DNA from: Octopus vulgaris
Lineage: Eukaryota
DNA: 64,000 bases
Assembly (NCBI GenBank): GCA_951406725.2
Contig: OX597823.1
Coordinates: forward strand, 88,350,001 to 88,414,000
Direction of reading: 5' to 3'
This document shows, one piece after another, positions 1 to 12,150 of the stretch. The translations under genes were made by a program, and so were the position numbers. Within the stretch, counting starts at the first letter, position 1, and each line of letters opens with the position of its first letter. The notes under the pieces are model-generated. The model was not told where the DNA came from and did not search any database. It worked only from the letters and a program-made list of their open reading frames with translations.

Positions 1-443
1 TATAGCATATATATATATATATATATATACATACACACACACACATATATATATATAATATACATGTACATCTACACATGATCAACATATATGTACGTTG
101 ATGTACACACATACACACACACACATATATATATATACACACACACTTTTTTTTTATCCGAGGGGAGGCAATGCGAGCAACAACCACAAAATCCACAGAT
201 ACATCAAACACATACAAATATTCATATACTCATTTATATCTATAAAGCCCGACATTTAAAAATTTAAAACATTTAGTATAAATTTGTTACAATAAGACAA
301 ATAAATATAATAATAATAATAAATAAATATAAAGCATGCAAAGGCATATTAAAAGACGAATTAAAATTCTAGCGAAATGTACATAGAAGATAGTAATTAT
401 AGAAGTTTACAAAAATCTAAGTTTACAAAGATACACAGATGTC

Positions 444-517
444 CATCTACGGGCCGTCTCGGAGACGCGCCAATTAATATTAATATACTTAAATTTGGCA
501 CTCCCCTCATCAGGATG
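444..517 (-). ncRNA. Type I hammerhead ribozyme motif, degenerate (A14G), in a Penelope-like pLTR remnant
   Basis: Minus strand reads CAUC-CUGAUGA-GGGGAGUGCCAA...UUGGCGCGUCUCC-GAGA-CGGCCC-GUA-GAUG: stem I CAUC/GAUG, long stem II, short stem III and a GUA cleavage triplet. GAAA reads GAGA. Confidence 0.7.
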
Positions 518-2794
518 TCCTATACATACAACACATAGTAAACGTGAACAAATACACAATCACATACCGGCCATATTCAGAAGCGAGACATTACGTACTC
601 CCAGAAATTTTTCTCTGATCCTGAATGCTACTTTATACGCATATAATTCGGCCAGCAGCCATAGTAAATGGTATGCACACATCGCCATCTGGAGCATTTC
701 ACTTCTGCGCTTATTTTATTTTATTTTATTTTATTTCAATCTTATAAATTCTCACTTACATGCAAAGCCACATATTCGGGTTCAAGTCATTGACACATTT
801 TATACTAACAGCTATTTTTTTCTTTTAATGGTTACATTACTTTAGCTTTATTTCATTTACTACTTACTATACTTACTAAATTTAATTCAATTGTTATTGC
901 TTAGCTCTAACTTTTATTGCAATTTCTATTTCTAAATTTCTTATGGGACGTCGAGTGGATCTTATGCGTACACGCTGGTATTGCATTGTTGTCACTCAAG
1001 ATATAACTTTATATTATATATATATATGTGTGTGTATGTGTGTGTGTGTTACATATGTATATACACCAAAATATATGCTAATGTGTGCAGATATAAATAT
1101 ATATATATAAATCTATATATATATATACTATATTTTATATATATATATATATATCTGAAGAGAAGAAAGCGTCATTTTAGACCCAGATTTTTCTCGTCTG
1201 AAACATTTAATAGATCATATGAGATGTACTTGCAGAAGAAACAAAGGCAGGAATTTTTGGAAACTGAAACATTATCTAGAAGTTCCTCGTTAAGAAAATA
1301 TCCAATTTTGTTTTCTTGCATCTAATGTGGAAAGATTTAAAGACATCGCGTCCACTGTACTGGAATAACTGTTTTGGGAAATTATAGATGTACTTACGAA
1401 ATTATATATTATCTTTTTGATATTCTGGCAACAACGATATTTCACTGAATCAGGAGGAACTTACCTGAAAATATAATAGAAATAAATGAATTAAAATTAT
1501 TTAGAATCACTTCATTCAAAACAAACAATAGTATTAACTTATCACATAATTATTGAAAGCTTTCCAAAATTCAATGCGATTTTTAATGTAAGTTGGCAAT
1601 TATTTGGAACATTTTCTGTCAGTTCAAAATAGCTCACCATATATTTCATTTTTAAGCTGTGAAGGAGACGTATTATTGCCAGTCTTCTGACGTCATCAGT
1701 TTGTTAACTTTAAAACATCTCATGTCAGATATTACAAATGAATATTTCAATTTAATGTTACCGTGTAAAATAGGAATAAAACCAGTCCCCAAGAGAAAAG
1801 TTGGAGATTGTTCGAATTAAACCTTAGCTCACAAATCAAAATTGAAATTTAGAAATTATTAGAAAAGTTGCAATTTTACTATTCTTACACTTATAGTTTA
1901 TAGTAGACTTATTGTCTAACTTCATCGAAAATTTAAATAACTTGGCCGCAACGTTATTTCTCTTGGGATATCGACTTTGCTTCATTGATTTATTAGTACG
2001 AAACTTTACTTGCCTCTCTAGGAACGTATAATGCAGCAATAAGAAAATTTTCCAAACGATTTCTCGAGAATTATTTCCTTTAAACCATTACTCTTTTCTT
2101 TACGGAAGATTTCATATAAAATTTGAAATATTGAATTGGAAAAGACGTACAAACAAAGCAATAATTTTTCCAAAAGGATTGGACATGCTTTTCGTCTCTT
2201 ATAAGATCGGCTAATATAATTATGTTTAAAAGTATATGTCAAAGGAGCAAATTATACCTTCGTGAATAACATTATAAATAACAGATTCGCCCTACACCTA
2301 TCGTATGCCGCCTTACTGCCAAGTAAACTTTCATAAATTTCTTAAGGTATTGTTAGTTTATTATCTTCCTTTATGCGCTGTTAACTCTCTATTTATATTA
2401 ATAACAGTAGAATACATTGTCCTGCTTGCTATCAATGAAAGACTTGCGTTTATCGGTTTAAATTTTAATAATAGAAAATTATACTGGAATACTAGAAGTG
2501 TCATTGAAATAAATTCCAACTTTAGTGCTCTATATTTTATAAACGTTGCTTAGCCTATCTCATGTGTGTGTGCGCGCGCTTGTATATGCTGTGTGCATGT
2601 AGGTCGGTGTATGTTGAGATACATGTATTATTTCCCTTAGGCATGATCTGTAGATTTTGTATTTTGGAGGTTTTAAATTACCGCGCAATAAATCTATCCG
2701 TTGCTTCATTTACAAAAGAAATATAGTATTGAAACCCTCCTCTTGCAGTCCATATCATCTTCACAGAAATGATACATTTTATAACATTGTAAAA

Positions 2795-2870
2795 ATGGCC
2801 TCAGATAGAGTTGCTGTCGCTATGGTTGTAGTATATTTAATCATAGATCTGCTTATTGAAAGCTCAACTG
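2795..2870 (+). pseudogene. Putative signal-peptide exon (MASDRVAVAMVVVYLIIDLLIESSTG)
   Basis: ATG in an aaaATGg context followed by a hydrophobic stretch and small residues (SSTG). The expected phase-1 donor is degenerate (gg instead of gt). Confidence 0.35.
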
Positions 2871-4275
2871 GGATTAGAAAACAGCAATATTAAAGAGCAA
2901 AGACAACTTAAAAATTTTATTTCTTGAACAGCCTACATTGCTTGGCAAACATCCGCTCTGTTTATGTTTACATACACTTAAGCATCAAAGAAATAAATAG
3001 CTGTAGTTGAATATTTGTTTAAGTAGCTCAAACACATAGAAATACATCCGGAATGGAGAAAAATGTAGTAAACATACATAAAGATTTTTTTTTTTAGGAG
3101 TATGATCACTGCTATTCTTTTTTATAGAATTTACTTGAAATATTTAAATACATAGATATAAAGCGGTGTATTTGAATTTTAAGAAAACTGACAATGTTAC
3201 AAAATGCAATAAGGAATCTGATTTTATGATTTATCAAAGTGTCGACTTCAGCTTTTCTGTTTTCCAATAGAACACTTTTAAAAAAAATATCGATTTCTCC
3301 CGTTAGCAGCATGAGTAGTGGCTTTCGTGCAGAAGGGTTGTTTTTGCTATTAAAGAAAGCTATGTGCGTGCTTACTGCACATTGTATTGATGTCAGAGAC
3401 CAAAGCCTCGGGATTGTACGAAAAGTACAATAGGATTCCGGAATGTTTGTGAAGTTCTCGAAAAGAGAAAAAGAATAATAAGATGAAAATCAGATTTAAA
3501 TTAGTAACATTTGTGCACACAAATGATTGTTCCTTGTATTTGTATCCTGTTTTCCAATGGACGTTAATATTAAGAATAGAAAAATAGAAGCAGACAAATC
3601 TAATTCTTTATTTATGCGTGCAAGTGATCATGGCTAGAGAAATGGTTCACTTGGTAAAGCTTAATACGAAGAGTCGGACACAGTAGCTTTTCATGCATGT
3701 CCGGAAAACCTGTTCAACGTTATTCTCCAATACAATTCGAGGTATAAAACAAATTAACAGGAAATAAGGGCATCTTTTGCTAAAACAATGTAAGAATACA
3801 AATGTGTCATACCTTCCACTCTCCTGGCCTAATATGGCGTAGAGAAAAACAATTGTGTCTATAGATATACTGCAGCCTCGTTGGCAAGATAAAATACTTT
3901 TGATAGATTAGATAAAGTCTAGACTATTATTAACATTATGTAAGGGTGCATATCTTAGTGGATCACGAGCTCGTAGTTTCAATACTTAGACAGGTTGAAT
4001 CATTGTATTCTTCAGCAAAGCATTTCGTCCCACAATGCTTCGCGGTCACCTCGACACATGACGAAAGGTACACCGTGCACCGTTTCAGGCATCCTTGATT
4101 TGATAGAGAGAGTGAGCTAATGCGCATTTGATGAATATTAACAGAACACTTGAGCAGGTTGTTCGGCAAGAAATTGCAAAACCGTCTTTATGAAACCACG
4201 AGACACTACCATCATATCTTTAACATATATTTACTGTCTGGCTGCTACGGTTTGTGTGTCTGTCTTTACCTGTCG

Positions 4276-4307
<32 letters not shown>

Positions 4308-5744
4308 GCCTCCCTCACTCTCTCTTTCACATTCTCTTTCTATCAATATTTCTGTTACTTTCGCTGTTTGTATATATATATATATACACGCCGCACAATG
4401 TGTGTATATGTGTGTGTGCGCGTGCGTATGTGTAAGTGTGTGTACGTGTGTGAGTATGTCTGTATATATAAACGTTGTGATGCAATTAGCAACGGCCTGC
4501 CGATCTATTTAATCTTTATTTTCATCGTCTGAGCCGATGTGTTACCTGTCAGCAACTCTTGTTCACCTGCATTGTATATCTCCCATCCTCTGATAATGGA
4601 ATTTAGCTTTTCAAGCGTATTGTACAACTTTTGACGAAGTCTTTACATTTGTATATATGCATGTGTGTATATATGTATATATAGGAGATTTTAGTTACTT
4701 TATTTTGATCTGTACTTAGCCTCTAGCAAATGTTTAGCAACTTATTATGGGAAACTTTGCCTAACGTGCAACGCATGCGTTCATCAAAAGCTCCCGAGAG
4801 ATATCCAATGTAAAACTGCATTCTTGTCAAGAGCTGAGGTAGTTGAGAATGGTTTATGTTACATATTGATGTACAACCAATTTATACATTACGCTACCGG
4901 TTTTAATTCATTAAAAATATCCAAATTTCAACCTCTGTAGTTACCTCCCTTACAGACCTAAGATCTAATGAGTAGTATTCTATTAACATTACAAGTATTA
5001 TGGCAAGAAATACGTTCAAACACTGAAACATTATCATACAATTCTTTATAGTTTGCTTTTTTCAGTCATTACACTGCGACCATGCATTCATGTAACATGA
5101 ATATAAACAAACTAACATCGGTTGTCAAACGGTAGGGGCGCAAACGCAAACACAAAGACACCCTTATACACACATATATGCATGTATTTATCGATACACA
5201 ACAGGCTTTCACATAGTTTCGGTCTAACAAATTCCCTAACAGCTCAAGGGTCGTGACCGGAGCTATAGTAAAAGACTCATAAACCATGTGCCCCGAAGTA
5301 GGACTGAAACCTCAACCGTAAGGTTGAAAATGAGCTTCGTAACTACACTGCTTAACATTTTCAGATACACCTACCTATTTCGTAAAATAGAATATTTATT
5401 CCTTAGTTTTGAGGAATTTATGTTTTTTATTGATTTAGAAGTAGATAATTAATTAGTACGGAGCGCGGAAATTCGATCCTTTGCATATGTTTTAATGTAA
5501 ATCCTACATTGATTCATAAACTCATGAGACATAAAATTATTTGCTTCATGGTCATACATTTCAAATATGCCTTTGAATTCATTCTTTATTTGAAACTGTT
5601 TCATGAGAAAATATTGGACATGCTTCTTTCTTTAAGCATTTCCACTGTATATCTAATTTAAACGAAGGTGGAAAGAAATCAAGTTGAAATAGCATATACG
5701 GAAAACGAATCGGTAACCTGCTATAAAACAGCGAGTATGACGAT

Positions 5745-6008
5745 AATGATGTGTCCCTCCTGATTCAGGCATACCGCTAGGGATAAGCGGGGATCCTCAC
5801 ATTCCAAGGCTTCCCTCAAACCCTATGAGCAAGTGCACTCTCAAATTCTTTCTCTGCGACACACAAGTCAACACTTAGAGAGCTACCATCTACTCTTGCC
5901 ATTCTCACAACTTTCATCCACATTTCAATACACTCACTCGAAGACAGCATTTTCCTCTCCACTCTCAATTTCCTCTTCAAGTGAAACTTGAAAAAAGTCA
6001 TCGATTCA
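5745..6008 (-). mobile_element. L1/Tx1-type LINE ORF2 C-terminus and 3' UTR fragment
   Basis: FFKFHLKRKLRVERKMLSSSECIEMWMKVVRMARV, typical of a Tx1 ORF2 end. Confidence 0.65.
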
Positions 6009-6030
6009 AATAATAATAATAATAATAATA

Positions 6031-6322
6031 GGAAAGTTATGGGGCATGGCGAAAGTAATGTTGATACCAGTGGTAATTGGAGGATCAGGATCAGTTTCCA
6101 AGATCTTCGAAAATATATATCATGTATATTGGAGCTGCTGTCAGGCTCGAGGTGATACAGAAGACAGTATTGTCGGGTACATCTCGCATTGTAAGGAGAG
6201 TATTGTATCTTTGAGTCAGAGGAGAATGCACTACTTGAAACCTTTGGCGATTTGCTATTGCCTGCTTTCAAGTAAAGAATACCCGGTAATTAAGAACTAT
6301 CTGAGAGTCTTTCATTCAGAAT
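6031..6322 (+). mobile_element. Dong/R4 RLE-LINE 3' fragment in (TAA)n
   Basis: KLWGMAKVMLIPVVIGG.GSVSK...VIQKTVLSGTSRIVRRVL*; preceded by (taa)n and followed by aac/aat repeats. Confidence 0.85.
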
Positions 6323-6544
6323 AACAACAACGACATCAACAATAATGATAATGAAACAATCCTGACAATGATAATCACAATGCCAATAATAAAAATTCTT
6401 TATGAAGCTATCATTTACAAATCATTCTATATGTCGTTAACATTAAATAAACTTCGTTTGAAATTATGAGAATTTAAAATATCCTGAGAAATACATCGAC
6501 CAATTAAATTTAAGATAAAAGGGAAAGATTAACAAGACATTATG

Positions 6545-6584
<40 letters not shown>

Positions 6585-6618
6585 TGCCTCTGTGTGTGCA
6601 ATACTGCATAAATGTATG

Positions 6619-6665
<47 letters not shown>

Positions 6666-6749
6666 GATATAATATATTATATATATAAATACGTATTATG
6701 ATATATGATATAATACATATATATATATATATAATTGCATACGCGAATT

Positions 6750-6822
<73 letters not shown>

Positions 6823-7735
6823 GACTATTTACATGCATGTAATGTATGGTAATCATTTCCTGCGGAATTTCATCAAATCTTAATATAATTCCAATCACTA
6901 ATTTGAAATTGAATTTAATAATATTCCAAAATAGTTTCAAGCATTTACGTCATATAGCTTGTATGATAATTAATCGTTTAATCCAATGACAGTCTAGAAT
7001 GACGTAGCTGTACATCTTTGAAAACATCGCGATTTATTAGAATTTCACCTGCAGATATGCTTACTCTGCTGGATGTTGTTGTAACGCGGCTGTCATTATT
7101 CTTTTGCGGAATTATGGCTGCCAAATTATTAAAATGAAATACAGTAAACTTTTATACAGATCTTTGAATTTTAATTATCTGTAATAATATATATGGGTTC
7201 TTTATTTTCAGTCTCGTAAATCATAATTTGCCTTATTACAACTGAACAATTTGGGAATTATATAATATTTATTGTGGTGGTTAAAGCGTTGTGACTGCAG
7301 TTTACTCTCAAAGAAAATTGGTTGTCGTTATTTCGAATCACAACAGTTCGTTGTTTTGATGATATCACTCTGTGATATTCCAAAGATAAGCAGTAGTTTA
7401 AAGGACAACATCGGTTTTCACAGAAATGATATAAACTGTTCCAGTGATAGGAGAAACATTGTTTTCGGTGTAAGGAGAACTAATTATACACTCTTGGACA
7501 GAAATTCAGAAGCATTTTGGTTGTTATATTTTGACTGAAACGACTGTCGAGATCAAATCTTTGATCCGTCTAAGTGTTTAAATCGAATGCAAATCTAGCT
7601 TCCCGAACAGGCTTGAGCAAACGTATAAGAAAGTAATTATTAATGTTGATTTTGTGCTACGAAAAACTATTCTTCAAAGGTACGATAGGCTTACATTTCA
7701 CAATCATATTTTCTAACTTAAACTAATGTAAACTT

Positions 7736-8102
7736 AACAAAAGTACTCAGAAAGCACAGACCTCCACCAAGACATCATCAATGCCCTATCAACAATTAGC
7801 CAGATATGATTTTTAAAATGAGAATATCTGAAATAAACTCGACTGCTCTCACGAACGAGAATACTCAAAATGAACCCCATCGCTCTCAAAACTTAACAAA
7901 AAGAAAAACGGGAAAAATAATCCAGAATCATTGTCCGGAATTGGATCGATCCCAAAATCGAATCGCTTCGTGACAGTTACAACGCCAAACATTCCTGAAA
8001 GTTTCATCCGAATCCATCCAGCGGTTGTTGAGCTACCTTGTCCATGGTCAAACAAACAAACGACTAGAAACAATACCTCCACCATCGGTAAGGCGGAGCT
8101 AA
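7736..8102 (+). mobile_element. Non-autonomous Helentron-like (HINE/DINE-type) element
   Basis: Subterminal repeat acctccacca near both ends, terminal hairpin ctccacc-atcggtaa-ggcggag, internal (aaac)n and TT flanks. Confidence 0.55.
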
Positions 8103-8345
8103 TTATACTTTGTGATGACGAGTGGTCTAGTCGTGAAGGTGTAGTTCCCAATATCTTAAGCCCGTTGTTTCGACAAGGCGGTGCGGTATGTTCTTTAACA
8201 GAATACTTCGTTCCATGTTGCTCTACTCCACTCAACTGTAAATTAATTCCAGTAAATAGCTTGGAAATTAGTCCTGCGATGTACCGGCATTCCATGGATG
8301 GAATGTGTCACTTGTAAGTCACGGAAATGGGTGAAGAATCGAACA

Positions 8346-8490
8346 AAGGCGGCGGTATTGTTTTCAGTCGTATGTGTTTGTTTGTCTGTGGACAAGGTAG
8401 CTCAAGAACTGCTGGATGGATTCGGACGAAAGTTTCAGGAATGTTTGGCCTTGTAACTGTCACGAAGCGATTCGATTTTGGGATCGATCC
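8346..8490 (-). mobile_element. Partial inverted second copy of the Helentron-like element
   Basis: Reverse complement of about 7943-8085 (ggatcgatcccaaaatcgaatcgcttcgtgacagttacaa...gaaacaatacc). Confidence 0.7.
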
Positions 8491-9579
8491 AAAATGAGTT
8501 GTAGAGCTGAAGGCAGATCTAAGCCTAATTATGTTTTAATATCGCAATGCCAATGGAAACTGCAGCCTTCACCATATGCATCCATTGTGCTTGCTTCTCA
8601 GGTTCAGCCTCGTAATAAATTTTCTGTAAAGCAACCGCTAATATATCTTCGAAGATGGACCATTACAATAGCAGAAAAACTAAGTCCTATTCTATATAAT
8701 TATGATATATTCTGCTAATACTTTTCTTCACAAATTATTCTATTTGTAGCGGTCATAGTTTCATAAGGCAAATAGATACACATAGAGGAATTGAAGTTGC
8801 TTCAATCTTTCTACTTTTATAGCAATTTTCTTATGTAATCTGCTTTTCCTCTTACTGAAACGCGGATGCCTGGCAGACGATTTGTTTTCGTTGTCTGCGT
8901 TGTTTCCTAAGAGAAAAATATAAAATCTGAAACAGGTGATCCCACAGGCAAATATATACAGCATTCATTATGAAATAACCATGCGATTTAATTTAATTTC
9001 CACTATTTTTTTGTCTCGGTAATTGGAACAACGTGGTCAGAATGTAGAAAAAATATCTCATCACACGTTTATCAATTTAGCTACAAGCTATATTATCAGT
9101 CTTTGAGAAACGTATTTTGTTTTGCTTTGCTTCTAAGAAAAAGGAGAAAAAAGAGAAAACGAAATGGTAGTCACAATATTGATAACACTTTATCATTTTT
9201 AAATAATAAAAATGAAATAAAGAAAAAGAAATCGATAATTGTTTTCCATTGTGAATATCTGTACAAGTTCTTCCCGCTATCGTGTTGATAAGAGTCGATC
9301 TGAGAAAAGGTAGGAGGTTGAAAATAATTATGTGACAGGCTATAATATTTTAGATTCACTGTTGAATTAGTAATGGTGATAGTCCGGTGCTGCGTTACAT
9401 ATCGCAATAAATCACACACACGCGCACACATATGTATGTGTGTGTGTGTGTGTGTCAGAGTGAAAGAATGTGTGTGAGTGTATATACCTATAAGTATATT
9501 ATGTAATGTAAATTTTGTATTAAGTGATTAATTATAACTATAATAAACCTTTACATTTTTTTAGTTATTTCATTTTCAG

Positions 9580-9637
9580 AGTTTATGCAAAAATATGACT
9601 TGCAGAAAGGATATGGTGGTGTAGAAAAAGACAATGG
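9580..9637 (+). pseudogene. Exon-like segment (EFMQKYDLQKGYGGVEKDNG)
   Basis: Strong acceptor ttatttcattttcag and donor gttagt; one open frame; domain identity unclear. Confidence 0.35.
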
Positions 9638-10750
9638 GTTAGTTGATATCGAATGGGACCGATTCAGGTGCGATATGGCCGTAGACTCTTTGTATTCTCC
9701 GGTGGTCTAAATGCAAGGTCTGCATATTGTGGCTTTAACGTAGCTTATTTCTTTTTAGTATCGCTTCCAGATAACTGCCACTGTCAGTTACAAACAGCAT
9801 TAATTCTCCTCTGCTGGAGAGCTATATAGATAGCCACACAACAAACACTAGAGTTGTGTCCCCAGCATCCATGTTCATGTCGATTCAACATGCACAGAAT
9901 ACAAAGCTCTTCAATAAGTTCGTCAGGAGTAGAGTCTTAAAAACATCAGGATACTTTACGAAGATTATACTTTAGAACAATTTATCTGAGCATAATTTGA
10001 GAGAGGATATTTCTGTAGATTGCTTTGTCTAACACATTGGACATAAATATGAAATCCACGAGATGTTTCTATAACCATATGCATGATAATAACGTATGTA
10101 TTGCGTATTGGGGTTCCATAATTGTAACTGGAAATGTATATGAGAATATATTTTTTGAAAACCATTATGAGAAGAAAATCTGAAGAGCAGCGAATTAAAT
10201 TCCATAAATGTGCCCATAACTTTAACAATGTAAAAGAAACAATTTTACTGAAATTTAATATAGTTGGTGTTTTAAATAAAAATGGTCGCCGTAATGATTT
10301 TAGCACCAGACTAGATGCATTTCGATGTTCAGTTGCGTCATATCTATTTAACTTCTCGAGTCAAAATCCATCTAAATCGATGTTTCTTTTCATCTTTCCT
10401 ATGTTCATAAAATAAGAACAAATCAACTTCTACTTCTCTGAAAATATGTCGATATTGATTTCTAACTTTTGCATTATGTGGTTGCATGTAGGAATCAATT
10501 GTAACCAGCTAGAATTTCCGAGATTAACTCCCGCAGGAAGTATGCTTTGAGAGACAGCGATTTCAGGAGATTAATTTGTCGAGATTCAACACCCAGACGT
10601 TTCATTCACCCGTACAGTACTTTATCACACAAATCACTGCTAGATAACTTAAGGGAGCCACTCTTTTTGCTTCCAACCGCATAACAATCCGCTGTGCGTA
10701 AACATTCGCACATCATGAAGGCTCTGAAGAAGATAAGTGTTTCACTTTCA

Positions 10751-10840
10751 TTTCTGGCTAAACCATTTGTACAAAAAACTATTCGAGGACGAAAGTTTCT
10801 GGCTAAACAATTTGTACAAAAAAATATACGAGGACGAAAG
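10751..10840. repeat. 45-bp tandem duplication
   Basis: tttctggctaaac(c/a)atttgtacaaaaaa(c/a)tat(t/a)cgaggacgaaag occurs twice with 3 mismatches. Confidence 0.95.
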
Positions 10841-11329
10841 TCGAGGGCAACGAGTTTTAATCTAAAAAGAAAGATAAATTCATGTTACTGAATGCTTGAA
10901 AATGTTTCAATCTTCTCTCTAGCGTTTCTGGCTGTAAATTGTCTTCATGACGAGGAACACTTTTAAGAAGTTTAGATGATATTGACATAACAAAGTGAGT
11001 AAACACAAATAATGACTTTGCATTTGAGCACATTTGAATAGCAGGAATAGAATTGATTACGTCTATTCTTGTTTAACTATTTAACAATACTTATTTAACA
11101 GCTTTTCAATTCACAACGTAAACAATCGTAATTAAGTAATTTATCATATTTAGTCAAGCACTTACTGTCTTTGTTTCAGCATGATTGTTGATAACATGAG
11201 AACTGAAATGTTTAAGTTGACCGAAAATACATCACTTCAAAGAGATTAATAAACTAATGTTGTTGTTGGAATGAAGAATGATACACATGTAGAAGTATAA
11301 GAACTCCTGAGTAGACAATAATTATTCAT

Positions 11330-11590
11330 CCGATGTTCCTATGCATTGCTAGTCACGATGCGTTTCTATTTATCCATTCATTGCATATTTCTCTTCTGTT
11401 TGGCGGATGGATTATGTTTCCTTCTCCTCGTATTGGAGATCTTCTAAATGGTCTTTTCTGATCTCCTGACTAGCCACTTGATATCAGTAAGTGTTCACCT
11501 GTCGTTTTGAACTTTGCTAAATATTCCTCTTGGCGGAACTTGAACTTCCAGTATTCCACGATCATATTATTCACACCACACTATTCCATT
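11330..11590 (-). mobile_element. Highly decayed RTE-type LINE 3' fragment
   Basis: Minus-strand remnants resemble the KFRWAGH..R..DDRWT...W.....KRP.GRP..RW pattern; weak. Confidence 0.4.
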
Positions 11591-11966
11591 GAACTCACAC
11601 TCGAAAGAAGGTAAAATTGTACAGCCAAGGAAATTATTACCTTAGAGCGTTTAATACTGCCATTATATTTAATATCAAACCCTATAAATATCAATTTAGC
11701 TTTATAAACTTAACGTCTCCATATAAAAAGAATATCTTAGACTATATTGGATTGATACTAATAATGAAATCACGAGGAGAGGTTAATAGAGTAGAGGTCT
11801 ACAACTCCAAAGATCGATAGTATTGCTTTTCACTTCCAATTTCCAAGACATTAAACAAACGAGATAAACTTCCGAACAGGATAAATTTTACTATCACACC
11901 GTGGAAAAATTCACAGAAGAACATAAAATTCTTCCCTTTAAATGAATGCTAATTTACTACTACATT

Positions 11967-12150
11967 AAGGCGGTAACTTCCCCGAATCGTTAGCACACCG
12001 GGCAATAGGCTTAGCGGTATTTCGTCCTTCTTTACGTTCAGAGTTCAAATTCCGCCGAAGTCGATTTTGCATTTCATCCTTTCGGGGTTGGTAAAAAGCA
12101 CCAATTTAACACCGGTATTGATGTAATCGACTTATATTTTCCTCTTCGCA
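11967..12150 (+). mobile_element. tRNA-derived SINE family A (Deu/Nin-like core)
   Basis: gagttcaaattcc B-box-like motif and core gactttgcctttcatcctttcggggtcgataaa..agtaccag. Further copies at about 13165-13360, 15835-15955, 16020-16225, 16292-16420, 32880-33185, 43975-44110 and 50315-50355. Confidence 0.8.

Noticed and set aside
1685-1700. CRE palindrome TGACGTCA about 1.1 kb upstream of the putative first exon
   Set aside because: A single 8-mer is expected by chance in 64 kb, and there is no other promoter evidence.
7849-8317. Overlapping 148-aa and 128-aa ORFs
   Set aside because: They lie across a non-autonomous element and a SINE remnant; no protein motifs.
11180-11250. Acceptor followed by short ORF MIVDNMRTEMFKLTENTSLQRD*
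   Set aside because: No donor and no recognisable motif; cannot be placed in the pseudogene model.
11967-12060. tRNA gene candidates from A/B-box-like motifs
   Set aside because: These are SINE heads; no complete cloverleaf.
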